Shown: in pieces, positions 15,897 to 27,038 of the stretch
Layout: each line of letters starts with the position of its first letter
Numbering within the stretch: the stretch's first letter is position 1
From: Acidimicrobiia bacterium
Lineage (GTDB): Bacteria > Actinomycetota > Acidimicrobiia > Spongiisociales > JAHEDJ01
Assembly (NCBI GenBank): GCA_029210695.1
Contig: JARGFH010000007.1
Span: 1 to 64,000, forward strand
DNA length: 64,000 nucleotides
Direction of reading: 5' to 3'
Notes under the pieces: model-generated
What the model was told of the DNA's origin: nothing
The model's database searches: none
Seen by the model: the letters and a program-made list of their open reading frames with translations, nothing else
Translations under genes and position numbers: made by a program

Positions 15897-18494
15897 ATGG
15901 AAGCGACCTACGACCCCAAAACCGTGGAGGCCGACTGGTACGACCGGTGGGAGCAAGCGGGGGTGTTCCGTCCGGAACACAACCCGGACGGCGTGCCTTT
16001 CTGCATCGTCATTCCACCCCCCAACGTGACCGGGTCGCTGCATATGGGTCACGCCCTGAACCACACCATTCACGACGCCATCATCCGTCGGCGCCGCATG
16101 CAGGGGTTCGCGGCCCTCTGGTTGCCCGGCACCGACCACGCCGGCATCGCCACCCAGAACGTGGTCGAGCGGGAAATGGCCACAGAAGGGCTCACCCGGC
16201 ACGACGTCGGTCGCGACGCGTTCATCGAGCAGGTGTGGGAATGGAAGCGTCAGTACGGCAACCGAATCTCGCTCCAGATGCGCGCCCTTGGCGACTCCGT
16301 GGACTGGACGCGTGAGCGTTTCACCATGGACGAGGGTCTGTCGCGCGCCGTTAGAGAGGTATTCGTTCGCCTCTTCGAGGAAGACCTGATCTACCGGGGA
16401 GACCGGATCATCAACTGGTGCCCGCGGTGCGGAACGGCACTGGCTGAGATCGAGGTCGAATACGACGATGAGATGGGCGAACTCGCCCACATCACCTACC
16501 CATTCGTGGACGGCGAAGGGGGGATTACGGTTGCAACAACCAGAGCGGAGACGATGCTGGGTGACACGGCGGTGGCCGTGCATCCCGACGACGAACGCTA
16601 CCGGCACCTGATCGGCAAGAAACTGCTGTTGCCGCTCCTGGGGAGGGAGATCCCGGTCATCGCCGACGAGTTCGTCGACCGGGAGTTCGGAACCGGAGCG
16701 GTCAAGGTGACCCCTGCCCACGATCCGAACGACTTCGATATGGGGCAACGGCACGGCCTGGAGTCGATCAAGATCCTCGACGAGCGAGCCGTGATCACTG
16801 AGGCCGGCGGCGAGTTCTTCGGCATGGACCGGTTCGAGGCGCGAGAAGCCGTGAAGCATGAACTCCACAAGCGGGGTTACCTCGAGAAGGTGGAGACCCA
16901 CGAACACTCAGTTGGACACTGCTACCGGTGTTCCACCGTAGTCGAGCCGTACCTCTCGCTCCAATGGTTCGTGAAGGTGCGTCCGCTGACCGAACCGGCC
17001 ATCGACGTCGTGCGGACGGGCGATACCAGGTTCGTCCCGAAGCGGTGGGAGAAGAATTACTTCCACTGGATGGAGAACCTGAGGGACTGGTGCATCAGCC
17101 GCCAAATCTGGTGGGGCCATCGGATCCCCGCCTGGTACTGCGATGCCTGTCATGAGACCATCGTGGCCCGGCAGGACCCCACGGAGTGCACGAACTGTGG
17201 CCGAACCGACCTCCGCCAGGACAATGATGTGCTCGACACTTGGTTCTCTTCAGCTTTGTGGCCGTTCTCGACGCTCGGCTGGCCGGATGAGACGGCCGAT
17301 CTCGACCGGTTCTACCCCAATGCGGTGCTCATCACCGGGTTCGACATCATCTACTTCTGGGTTGCCAGGATGATGCAAATGGGCATCCACTTCATGAAGG
17401 ATGTCCCGTTCGCCGACACGGTCATACACGGTCTCGTCAGAGACGCAAGCGGGAGAAAGATGTCGAAGTCGATCGGGAATGCCATCGACCCCCTCGACGT
17501 GATCGAAGAACACGGCGCGGACCCGCTGCGCCTGGCGCTCATTCAGTCGGCCGCGCCGGGCCACGACGTCCCATTCGATATGGAATGGGTGGTAGGTGCC
17601 CGCAAGTTCGGCAACAAACTCTGGAACGCGCAGCGGTTTGCCGGGCTCCACATCGAGCGTGGCTCGGTACCGGCGGATGGTGGCTATCCGGACGATCCCG
17701 GCCCTGCCGACCGCTGGATCCTCGCCCGGCTGGGTGAGGTGCAGCGCCGGTTCGATGAGCTCGCGGATGAATATCGATTCTCGGATGCCTTCGGCCTCCT
17801 CTATAACTTCGCCTGGTCGGAAGTGTTCGACTGGTACATAGAGATGTCGAAGGCGCCCCTCCGTGACGAGGAGCGGGCGGCAACGACCCGGCAAACGCTC
17901 GGCACCGTGCTTCGGGACGTGCTGAAGCTATTTCATCCGGCCATCCCGTTTCTGACGGAAGAACTGTGGTCGGAACTGGTAGCCGACGGACTCCTGGCCG
18001 GATCGAAGTGGCCGGAGCCTCCGGAGATCGAAGCACCGGCCAATCTCGAGACCTTCCAGGAACTCATCACAGGAATTCGCCGCTTCCGGGCCGAACATGG
18101 TCTTGCTCCCCGCGCCGGGCTGGCGTTGAAACTCCTCGATCCTGAAGGAGTCGTCGAGGACTGGTGGATCGAACAGATCGAGGCTCTGGCTGGTGCAACA
18201 CATGAGCCGATTACTCAGAAACCAACCGCCGGACATACCCGGGTAGTGGCCGGGAGCGTGCAGGCGTTCATCCCTCTCGAAGGGAACGTCGACCTCGACG
18301 CCGAACGGAACCGGCTGGCCAAAGCGATTGAGGCCACCTCGGCCGACCTCGCCAAAGCTGAGACGAAGCTCTCGAATCCAGCGTTTCGCGATCGGGCACC
18401 CACCGAAGTTGTGACAAAGGAAGAAGAGAAGGCATCAGAATTCCGCGGGCGGCTCGACAAGCTCCGCACCCAGCTCGCCGAACTCGGAAGCTAG
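15897..18494 (+). CDS. valS: Valine--tRNA ligase
   Basis: PPPNVTGSLHMGH, DWCISRQIWWGH, KMSKS. Confidence 0.98.
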   Translation: MEATYDPKTVEADWYDRWEQAGVFRPEHNPDGVPFCIVIPPPNVTGSLHMGHALNHTIHDAIIRRRRMQGFAALWLPGTDHAGIATQNVVEREMATEGLTRHDVGRDAFIEQVWEWKRQYGNRISLQMRALGDSVDWTRERFTMDEGLSRAVREVFVRLFEEDLIYRGDRIINWCPRCGTALAEIEVEYDDEMGELAHITYPFVDGEGGITVATTRAETMLGDTAVAVHPDDERYRHLIGKKLLLPLLGREIPVIADEFVDREFGTGAVKVTPAHDPNDFDMGQRHGLESIKILDERAVITEAGGEFFGMDRFEAREAVKHELHKRGYLEKVETHEHSVGHCYRCSTVVEPYLSLQWFVKVRPLTEPAIDVVRTGDTRFVPKRWEKNYFHWMENLRDWCISRQIWWGHRIPAWYCDACHETIVARQDPTECTNCGRTDLRQDNDVLDTWFSSALWPFSTLGWPDETADLDRFYPNAVLITGFDIIYFWVARMMQMGIHFMKDVPFADTVIHGLVRDASGRKMSKSIGNAIDPLDVIEEHGADPLRLALIQSAAPGHDVPFDMEWVVGARKFGNKLWNAQRFAGLHIERGSVPADGGYPDDPGPADRWILARLGEVQRRFDELADEYRFSDAFGLLYNFAWSEVFDWYIEMSKAPLRDEERAATTRQTLGTVLRDVLKLFHPAIPFLTEELWSELVADGLLAGSKWPEPPEIEAPANLETFQELITGIRRFRAEHGLAPRAGLALKLLDPEGVVEDWWIEQIEALAGATHEPITQKPTAGHTRVVAGSVQAFIPLEGNVDLDAERNRLAKAIEATSADLAKAETKLSNPAFRDRAPTEVVTKEEEKASEFRGRLDKLRTQLAELGS

Positions 18495-18500
18495 CCGGTG

Positions 18501-19796
18501 ATGAACTACCGGGAAGCGGTCGACTTCCTCGATGCCCATATCGGCCAGGGCGTGCAGCCCGGATTGGATCGCGTTCGGGCACTGATGGACATGATGGGGG
18601 ACCCCCAACTGGCCGCGCCGGTGATCCATTTGACCGGCAGCAACGGCAAGACATCAACCGCCCGGATGATCACGTCGTTGCTCATCGCCCACGGGTTGCG
18701 GGTTGGAACGTTCATCTCTCCACATCTCGAGAAGATCGAGGAACGACTCGCCCTCGACGGGGTCTACGCCACCGAGGATGAGTTTGCCGAGGCAGTGGCC
18801 GACATCGTCCCGTTCGTCCAGTTATTCGAAGAGCGCACCGGACAAACGCCGACCTACTTCGAACTCACCGCCGCGCTGGCTTTCTCCTATTTCGCCGTCA
18901 ACGCCGTCGATGTCGCGGTCGTCGAGGTCGGACTCGGCGGACGGCTCGACGCCACCAACATCGTCGACAGCCGGGTGGCGGTCGTGACCGGAATCTCCCT
19001 CGAGCATACGTCGTGGCTGGGCAACTCGATTGAGGAGATAGCCATCGAGAAGCTGGCCATTGCCAAGGAATCGTCGGTGCTAATCACCGGTTCGCTGCCC
19101 GAGGAAGCATATGCGGTGGCCTCCGCCCGGGCCGGGAGCCTCGGAATTGTGCACCGACGTTTCGGGGCCGAATTCCATCCTGAGTTCGTCACCATGGCGG
19201 TCGGGGGCTGGGCCGGCTCGGTGAGCGGGGTGTACGAGACCTACGATGAACTGCTTCTCCCTCTGCACGGTCGCCACCAGTTCGACAACCTGGCCGTGGC
19301 GATTGCCGCAGTTGAAGAGCTCACCGGGCGGGCGCTGGACCTGGACGCCGTGCGCGAAGGCACGGCGTCGGCAACCTCTCCCGGGCGCCTTGAAGTTGTT
19401 GGGCGGAGGCCGCTGATCTTGCTGGACGGTGCGCACAACACCCAGGCCTTCGAGCTGTTGTCGGAGGCGCTAGCCACCGAATTCCTGCCGGAGGAGTGGG
19501 TCGTTGTCATTGGAGCAATGGGAGACAAAGATCTCGAAGCGATGATCCGGAACCTCGAGGGTCAGGTGTCGGCCGTGGTGGCAACCTCCGTTGACTACGA
19601 GCGCGCCATTCCGGCCGATCGGGTGGCGAAGATCGCTTCGGCGACCCTCGATGTGCCGGTGGAGACTGTCGTCGGCATTCCGCCCGCGCTCGAGGCGGCC
19701 CGCCGGCTGGCCGGGACGGATGGTGCGATCCTGGTGACCGGCTCACTGTACGTAGTGGGGGAGGCGCGCAGCGCGCTACTCCATCCGTCGAGCTGA
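18501..19796 (+). CDS. folC: Folylpolyglutamate synthase / dihydrofolate synthase
   Basis: HLTGSNGKTS, EVGLGGRLDATN, LDGAHN, GSLYVVG. Confidence 0.95.
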   Translation: MNYREAVDFLDAHIGQGVQPGLDRVRALMDMMGDPQLAAPVIHLTGSNGKTSTARMITSLLIAHGLRVGTFISPHLEKIEERLALDGVYATEDEFAEAVADIVPFVQLFEERTGQTPTYFELTAALAFSYFAVNAVDVAVVEVGLGGRLDATNIVDSRVAVVTGISLEHTSWLGNSIEEIAIEKLAIAKESSVLITGSLPEEAYAVASARAGSLGIVHRRFGAEFHPEFVTMAVGGWAGSVSGVYETYDELLLPLHGRHQFDNLAVAIAAVEELTGRALDLDAVREGTASATSPGRLEVVGRRPLILLDGAHNTQAFELLSEALATEFLPEEWVVVIGAMGDKDLEAMIRNLEGQVSAVVATSVDYERAIPADRVAKIASATLDVPVETVVGIPPALEAARRLAGTDGAILVTGSLYVVGEARSALLHPSS

Positions 19797-19928
19797 AGCG
19801 GCGGCGGCAACGCGGTGGTCCGAGGCAAATAGACCCCATTCCAGAGCGACCCGTCCCGACCGGCCTGCGGCAGACGTCCCAATGGTCGCTCGCTACCATC
19901 CACCGTCTTCACGAAGGAGCACACAGCT

Positions 19929-20333
19929 TTGCCAATCGAAAACACATTCATCATGGTGAAACCAGACGGCGTCGCTCGGGGCCTGGTCGGGGAAGTCATC
20001 GGCCGGTTCGAACGGAAGGGCCTTCGACTCGAGAAGATCCGCTCTCTCACGATCGATGAGGCGATGGCCGGTGTGCATTATGCCGAACACGTCGACAAGC
20101 CGTTCTTTGCTGAACTCGTCGATTTCATCACGAGTGGTCCGGTGGTGGCCATGGAATGGTCCGGTGAATCGGCGGTGTCTGTGGCTCGAACCCTGATGGG
20201 GGCGACAGACCCCAAGCAGGCGGCACCGGGCACCATTCGCGGTGATCTCGGCTTGATCGTGACCAACAATATCGTGCACGGATCGGACTCCACCGAAAGC
20301 GCAGAGCGCGAACTCGGGATCTTCTTCGGCTAA
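19929..20333 (+). CDS. ndk: Nucleoside diphosphate kinase
   Basis: [20 protein letters not shown]. Confidence 0.97.
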   Translation: MPIENTFIMVKPDGVARGLVGEVIGRFERKGLRLEKIRSLTIDEAMAGVHYAEHVDKPFFAELVDFITSGPVVAMEWSGESAVSVARTLMGATDPKQAAPGTIRGDLGLIVTNNIVHGSDSTESAERELGIFFG

Positions 20334-20335
20334 AA

Positions 20336-20400
20336 GGTTCTCAGTTCTGCGTTCTAGGTCTGACCTATCAGGTAGAACGTAGAACGTAGAACCCAGAACC
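20336..20400. repeat. Inverted arrays of 7-nt tandem repeats forming a hairpin
   Basis: GGTTCTC AGTTCTG CGTTCTA ... TAGAACG TAGAACG TAGAACC CAGAACC. Confidence 0.7.
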
Positions 20401-20461
20401 GGCCGCCTGTCGGGTGGGAAAAACCTCAACCGGCAACTATCCTTGCTCTTCCATCCCCTAA

Positions 20462-21505
<1,044 letters not shown>

Positions 21506-21540
21506 GCACCGTGCAGACGCTCTCGAGGGAGATCTGAGTC

Positions 21541-22458
21541 ATGCTCCCGTACGGAAGTCCACGCCGTGGCACCGTCACTCTCGGTGTGCTGGTGCTGATC
21601 TCGTTCCTGCTCATGACGTTTGATATTCGGTCATCTGGAGAGGGTTTCATTCAGACGGTCCGGAGTGGTGCTCAGTCGGTCTTCAACCCTTTCCAGAGTG
21701 TCGCGCAAGCGGTGATCGATCCGGTTGTCGATGCATTCGACGCGCTCGCCAATCTCGCTTCGTTGCGGGATGAGAACGATCGGCTGCGAGCCGAGCGCGA
21801 GAACCTGCTGGCCAGGATGGCTGAAGCCGAGGCAGCGTTGGTCGAGAACGACCAACTCCGGGCTCTGCTTGCGTTGCAGGATAAGTTCCCCGACTTCAAT
21901 CTCACGACTGCCGCGATCATCAGCAGCGGGGACTCCTTTGATCTGCGCCTCACCATCAACCGGGGATCAGACGACGGCATCGTGCTGGGCAGCGTGGTTG
22001 TCGACGCCTCGGGTGCCCTCATCGGGTTCATCGTCGAGGTCAGCGACGCCAATGCGATCGTTGCTCCGATCATTGCCTCCGGGACGGTCGTCGGTATCGT
22101 CACGGAAGGTGGAGATCCCGGCTTCATCTCCGGGCAGGGAACCGAAGATGAGGTCCGGCTCGAGGTATACGATGCCACCAGCCCGGTGCCCGCCGACAGT
22201 GTGCTGAGGACCTTCAGGCACGACAACAACACTCCGAACGGGCTCAATGTCGCCATCGTCACCGCCCGGGCTGATGTCAACGTATCCAAGATCGATACCA
22301 ACGACGTTGTTCCGTTCGTCGACTTCATCCGCCTTCAGTTCGTAACGGTTCTGGGCATTGCCGGCGACCAGGGCGGCGAGCCTGTCGAGGTGCCAACCGA
22401 CGCGACAACACCAGACGGTGACACCTCAGGGACTACCAGCACGACTGAGGCACCGTGA
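21541..22458 (+). CDS. mreC: Rod shape-determining protein MreC
   Basis: N-terminal TM, coiled coil (LRDENDRLR), INRGSDDGI; follows mreB. Confidence 0.9.
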   Translation: MLPYGSPRRGTVTLGVLVLISFLLMTFDIRSSGEGFIQTVRSGAQSVFNPFQSVAQAVIDPVVDAFDALANLASLRDENDRLRAERENLLARMAEAEAALVENDQLRALLALQDKFPDFNLTTAAIISSGDSFDLRLTINRGSDDGIVLGSVVVDASGALIGFIVEVSDANAIVAPIIASGTVVGIVTEGGDPGFISGQGTEDEVRLEVYDATSPVPADSVLRTFRHDNNTPNGLNVAIVTARADVNVSKIDTNDVVPFVDFIRLQFVTVLGIAGDQGGEPVEVPTDATTPDGDTSGTTSTTEAP

Positions 22459-22958
22459 GAGCGCGATCTGCCTCGCTCATCTTGATCTTGCTGGCGGTGC
22501 TCGTCCAGACGACTCTGTTCTCGGTCGGCGGAATCAGGCCCTTTCGCGTGGCCCCGGATGTCGTGATGGTCGTGACTATCGTCACGGCCCGCTGGCTGGA
22601 CGATGACGCGGCGCTACTGGTCGGATTCACGGGTGGTGTTTTGGTGGACCTGCTGGCATCGAGCCTGCTGGGATGGCGGGCCCTGACGCTCACTCTGGTC
22701 GCTTACATGGCGGTTCGGGCCCGGTCGCGTTTCGACCTCGGCCTCATGTCCGGGGCCCTCGTCGTGCTCGTACTGAGCCTGGCAGGCGTCCTATTACTCG
22801 GGGTGATTGGTACGCTGTTCGGGCAGGCAACTCTCACCGAACCCGACGCTCTCCGGCGGATCATGCTGGTACCCGGATACAACTTTGTTCTCGCTTTCCT
22901 GGCGCAGCCAATAATTGCACGCGCTCTCGAAGGCCGGTCGCGGAGCAGGGCGCTGTGA
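22455..22958 (+). CDS. mreD: Rod shape-determining protein MreD
   Basis: Hydrophobic; PD motif; GFTGGVLVDLL; operon position. Confidence 0.88.
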   Translation: MRARSASLILILLAVLVQTTLFSVGGIRPFRVAPDVVMVVTIVTARWLDDDAALLVGFTGGVLVDLLASSLLGWRALTLTLVAYMAVRARSRFDLGLMSGALVVLVLSLAGVLLLGVIGTLFGQATLTEPDALRRIMLVPGYNFVLAFLAQPIIARALEGRSRSRAL

Positions 22959-24895
22959 ACTTCCCACGCCGGCTGGCCGTATTGGGCATGGCCTTCATTG
23001 TTCTGTTCTCATTGCTCTTCACCAGACTGTGGTTCGTGCAAGTGGCCAGCGGGATCATGTATGAAGAGGAGGCCAGCAGACAGCAGTTGGATGCCGATCG
23101 GACCACGGCGGCCCGCGGCGAGATCCGCGATGCGCGAGGAACATTGCTGGCGTCGAGCCGCATCGTCCCCGAGATGATTGTCGAACAGGCTGAAGTAGCC
23201 GCCGACGAAGAAGAGCCTCTGATACAGCAGATCAGCGCGTTGCTCGATCGTCCTGCGGTCGAGGTCAGGGCGATTTTCGAGCAAGCGGGTCCGGCCACTC
23301 AACTCTCGTTGGGGATGGTCACCCCGGAGCAAATGGCATACATCCTGAAGAATGCGGAGGATTTCCCCGGTGTCGTGGTCCAGGATCGTCCGATCCGCGT
23401 CTACCCGGAAGGGTCGCTCCTGTCGCACGTCATCGGCTATATCGGCCGGCCGAGCCCCGACGACGTAGCGGCGGCGGGCCCGGATCTTGACCCGAACGGG
23501 ACGATCGGGAAGTACGGCATCGAGAAATTCTATGACGAGTACCTGCAGGGGGAGCGCGGGACCCTGCTGTATCGGGTTGATCCGCAAGGCCGCCCCCTCG
23601 GTCTCGAGGAGGAATTACCCGCCGTGCAGGGCGACACCGTGTACCTGACGCTCGATCAGGGCCTACAGCGACAGACCGAGTTCGCCGTCAATGAGGCGAT
23701 GATCCTGTCCAAGGAACTCGACGAGGGAAACCCGGAACTGGCTGCAGCCGTAGTTATGGACGTTACCGATGGTTCGGTGCTGGCGCTCTATTCCTATCCT
23801 GATTTCGATCCGAGCCTGTTTGTCGACGGCATCAGCCAGGTCGAGTACTCCGCACTCGAGGAACGCAACGTCTTTACGAGCCTGCCTATTCAGGGCGCGT
23901 ATCCCCCCGGATCCACGTTCAAGGGAATCACCTGGGCGGCCGCCATCAACGAGGGTCTTTACCCGCGCGGGATAGCTTCGCCGTCTGGAACGATCAACTG
24001 CGAAGGTGAACTCGACCTGGGCATCGACGAGAACGAAGCCGGGCAACTGGTGTTCACCGACTCCGGTCATGGGGCGACCGATCTACACACGGCGCTCGGC
24101 GAATCCTGCAATGTGTATTTCTGGCAGGTGGCGCTGACGATTTGGCGTGAGTACAAGAACGATCCTGAGAACGAAGACATTCTCCAACAATGGGCGCGGC
24201 GTCTGAGTCTTGGCGAGCCCACCGGCATAGATTTGCCGTTCGAGAAGGGGGGCCGGATTCCCGACCGGGCGCTATACGAGGAATGGGCAGCCTCGCCTCA
24301 AGGAAGCGTGCTGTTGTCTCCGGATCGATTCACCGAAGCCATCTGGCGGGGTGGTGACATCATGGGAATCGCCATCGGCCAGGGCGACGTGCTGGCAACT
24401 CCGCTCCAGATGGCCGTTGCCTACGCGGCGCTCGTCAACGGGGGTACTGTCCTCGAACCGCATGTGGTCGACCAGGTCGTATCCGTACAAGGCGATGTCG
24501 TCCTCGACGTCGGCAAGCGGGTTGCTCGCACGATCGAGTTCACTGCGGCGCACGAGCAGTTCATCCGCGAGGATTTGACCAGGGTGACCAATAGCGGCGG
24601 AACGGCGGCTGCCGCGTTCAGTGTGATGCAGAACCCCTGGCAAACCGGCGGGAAGACGGGGACTGCCGAGCGGGACGCTTCCAAGGACAACACGTCCTGG
24701 TTCGTCGGCATTGCTCCCATCGACAATCCGCGCTACGTGGTGGCCGTGATGATTGTGGACGGTGGTCTCGCCGGGAGAGTCGCAGCCCCGGCTGCTCGCA
24801 ACATCATCCAGTACCTGCTGCCCAACGAACCGGTCACGCCCGTTCGGCCCGGCGGAGCAGCCACTCCTGCCGACAACACCGAGGACGACATCTGA
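22955..24895 (+). CDS. mrdA: Penicillin-binding protein 2 (class B)
   Basis: RGEIRDARG, PGSTFK (SxxK), SCN, KTGTAE; GTG start overlaps the mreD stop. Confidence 0.93.
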   Translation: MNFPRRLAVLGMAFIVLFSLLFTRLWFVQVASGIMYEEEASRQQLDADRTTAARGEIRDARGTLLASSRIVPEMIVEQAEVAADEEEPLIQQISALLDRPAVEVRAIFEQAGPATQLSLGMVTPEQMAYILKNAEDFPGVVVQDRPIRVYPEGSLLSHVIGYIGRPSPDDVAAAGPDLDPNGTIGKYGIEKFYDEYLQGERGTLLYRVDPQGRPLGLEEELPAVQGDTVYLTLDQGLQRQTEFAVNEAMILSKELDEGNPELAAAVVMDVTDGSVLALYSYPDFDPSLFVDGISQVEYSALEERNVFTSLPIQGAYPPGSTFKGITWAAAINEGLYPRGIASPSGTINCEGELDLGIDENEAGQLVFTDSGHGATDLHTALGESCNVYFWQVALTIWREYKNDPENEDILQQWARRLSLGEPTGIDLPFEKGGRIPDRALYEEWAASPQGSVLLSPDRFTEAIWRGGDIMGIAIGQGDVLATPLQMAVAYAALVNGGTVLEPHVVDQVVSVQGDVVLDVGKRVARTIEFTAAHEQFIREDLTRVTNSGGTAAAAFSVMQNPWQTGGKTGTAERDASKDNTSWFVGIAPIDNPRYVVAVMIVDGGLAGRVAAPAARNIIQYLLPNEPVTPVRPGGAATPADNTEDDI

Positions 24896-26064
24896 TGGCC
24901 GTCATTGACAGGGCAGGGGCTCCCGGCATTGTCGCGGATCGCAAGCGCCCGGGACCCGATGTGACCTCGTTCGTTGTGATGATGGCCCTGATCAGCGTGG
25001 GTGTGTTGATGATCTATGCCAGCACTCGTGAGCAACTCGAACTCCAGAATCTGGATCCGGGCAGGTTGATGCAGCGCCAGATCATCTTCGCAGTCATCGC
25101 ACTTGGTGTGTATGTGGCGGGTTCGCTGCTCGACTACCGCGAGTTTCGCAACTATGCCGCCTGGATCTATCTCGGCACTCTGGCAGCACTCATACTCCTG
25201 ATCTCTCCCTTGATTCCCGCACAGGAGAACGTGAAACGTTGGATCGACCTCGGGATCTTCCAGGTACAACCATCGGAGTTCGCCAAGATCACAATGGTGA
25301 TTGTGCTGGCCACCGTGCTGGCCCCTGCCAGACAGGAGGGCATGCAGTGGAAGCGCATCGTCCAGGCCCTGTTTCTTGTCGCGATTCCAGCGCTTCTGAT
25401 CTTCTTGCAGCCCGATCTCGGGACCATGCTGGTGTTCGCCTTCATCACTCTCATCATGCTGTTTGCCGGTGGAGCAACGTGGAAGCAGATGATCGCCCTC
25501 GGTGGGGGGACGATCGCGGCGGTGGCCGTTGTGTTTCAGCGTGGATTACTCAAGGACTATCAACTGGAGCGGTTGACGGCGTTCTACGATCCGAGCGCCG
25601 ACCCGCTCGGCATTGCCTATCAGCAAGCTCAGAGCGTCACGGCGATCGGATCGGGCCAGCTAACCGGGACTGGTCTGTTCGACGGCGCACTGACCAACCT
25701 CCGTTTTGTCCCGGAGCAAGAAACCGACTTCATCTTCACCGCAGTTGGCGAGCAACTCGGGTTTCTCGGCTCGGCCCTGGTGATTGCAGCCTTCGTCGTC
25801 CTCTTGTGGCGAGCGTTCGTCATCTCGGCAATGGCCCGCGATCGATTCGGTAGCCTGCTCGCCGTCGGTATCGGCTCGATGATCATGTTCCAGGTATTCG
25901 TCAACATCGGGATGACGATGAAGATCATGCCGGTCACCGGACTGCCGCTCCCGTTCCTCAGCTATGGGGGATCGTCGCTGCTCACCTTTGCCTTCGCCAT
26001 GGGACTACTCAACTCGATCTGGCGGAAACGATCGCCGGTCCCCGGCGAGACATACATCGTGTGA
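24895..26064 (+). CDS. rodA: SEDS peptidoglycan polymerase RodA
   Basis: QPSEFAK, QPDLGT, PEQETDFIF, LPFLSYGGSS. Confidence 0.95.
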   Translation: MAVIDRAGAPGIVADRKRPGPDVTSFVVMMALISVGVLMIYASTREQLELQNLDPGRLMQRQIIFAVIALGVYVAGSLLDYREFRNYAAWIYLGTLAALILLISPLIPAQENVKRWIDLGIFQVQPSEFAKITMVIVLATVLAPARQEGMQWKRIVQALFLVAIPALLIFLQPDLGTMLVFAFITLIMLFAGGATWKQMIALGGGTIAAVAVVFQRGLLKDYQLERLTAFYDPSADPLGIAYQQAQSVTAIGSGQLTGTGLFDGALTNLRFVPEQETDFIFTAVGEQLGFLGSALVIAAFVVLLWRAFVISAMARDRFGSLLAVGIGSMIMFQVFVNIGMTMKIMPVTGLPLPFLSYGGSSLLTFAFAMGLLNSIWRKRSPVPGETYIV

Positions 26065-26148
26065 TCGAGCCCGGCCCGATTGACGCCATGTGTCGGGTAC
26101 GGTTCGCGCTCGGAGTAGGCCGAACCTGACGAGCTATGCTTCCTTGCC

Positions 26149-26736
26149 ATGTATCGACGTGGTGATCAGGGTTGGATCGAAGTGATCTGTGGCCCGATGT
26201 TTTCGGGCAAAAGCGAAGAGCTCATCCGGCGAATCACCCGCTCGAAGATCGCCCGGGTCCCCGTTCAGACCTTCAAACCCTCCCTTGATATCCGCTATGC
26301 AGATCGGCAGGTGGTCTCGCATAGTTCGTTGTCGGTGACTGCCGAGCCCGTCCCGGACTCCTTCACATTGCTGCGCAAGATAGACGACGCTACCCAGGTC
26401 GTTGGGATAGACGAAGGCCAGTTCTTCGACGATCGAATCATCGAAGTAACGGAGCGGTTGGCGAAGGCCGGCAAACAGGTGATAGTCGCAGGTCTCGATC
26501 TCGACTACCTGGGCCGGTCGTTCGAGCCCATTCCCACGTTGTGTGCGCGCTCGGAATATGTGACCAAGATGCTGGCAGTCTGTCACCGGTGCGGTGCACC
26601 GGCCGCTTTCACCCAGCGGATCATCAAGTCCGATGATCTGGTCGTGCTCGGTGCAACCGATGCGTATGAGGCTCGATGCCGCAACTGCTACGACCCGAAC
26701 GAACCAGAGCAGCCACGGTTGGCGGTGAATCGCTAG
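26149..26736 (+). CDS. tdk: Thymidine kinase
   Basis: GPMFSGKSEEL, IDEGQFF, Zn motifs CHRC and CRNC. Confidence 0.95.
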   Translation: MYRRGDQGWIEVICGPMFSGKSEELIRRITRSKIARVPVQTFKPSLDIRYADRQVVSHSSLSVTAEPVPDSFTLLRKIDDATQVVGIDEGQFFDDRIIEVTERLAKAGKQVIVAGLDLDYLGRSFEPIPTLCARSEYVTKMLAVCHRCGAPAAFTQRIIKSDDLVVLGATDAYEARCRNCYDPNEPEQPRLAVNR

Positions 26737-27038
26737 CCGTGCGGTGATTTGGTGCTAGCCTACGGGTGCGACCGCGAGCGGTCGTGAGTTTAAGGACGCG
26801 ACCTCCTTCAAGGGGTCTTCCCCGTCGATCCCGGCAGAGTCTCGAGGCGTACGAACCTCAGAACCCCTAGGACCATCCGGACTCGACGGCAGGGTATAGG
26901 TGTATGCCCGCTCTCCCATGACCACCTGAACAGGAGAGCCGGCTGAGGTGCCGCACGGATCACCGTGGGGCAGAGGTCGGAACCCCGGACTCGTTCGCTC
27001 GCACAGTGAGTAGTGAAGACCGGAAGGATACGAGTTTC

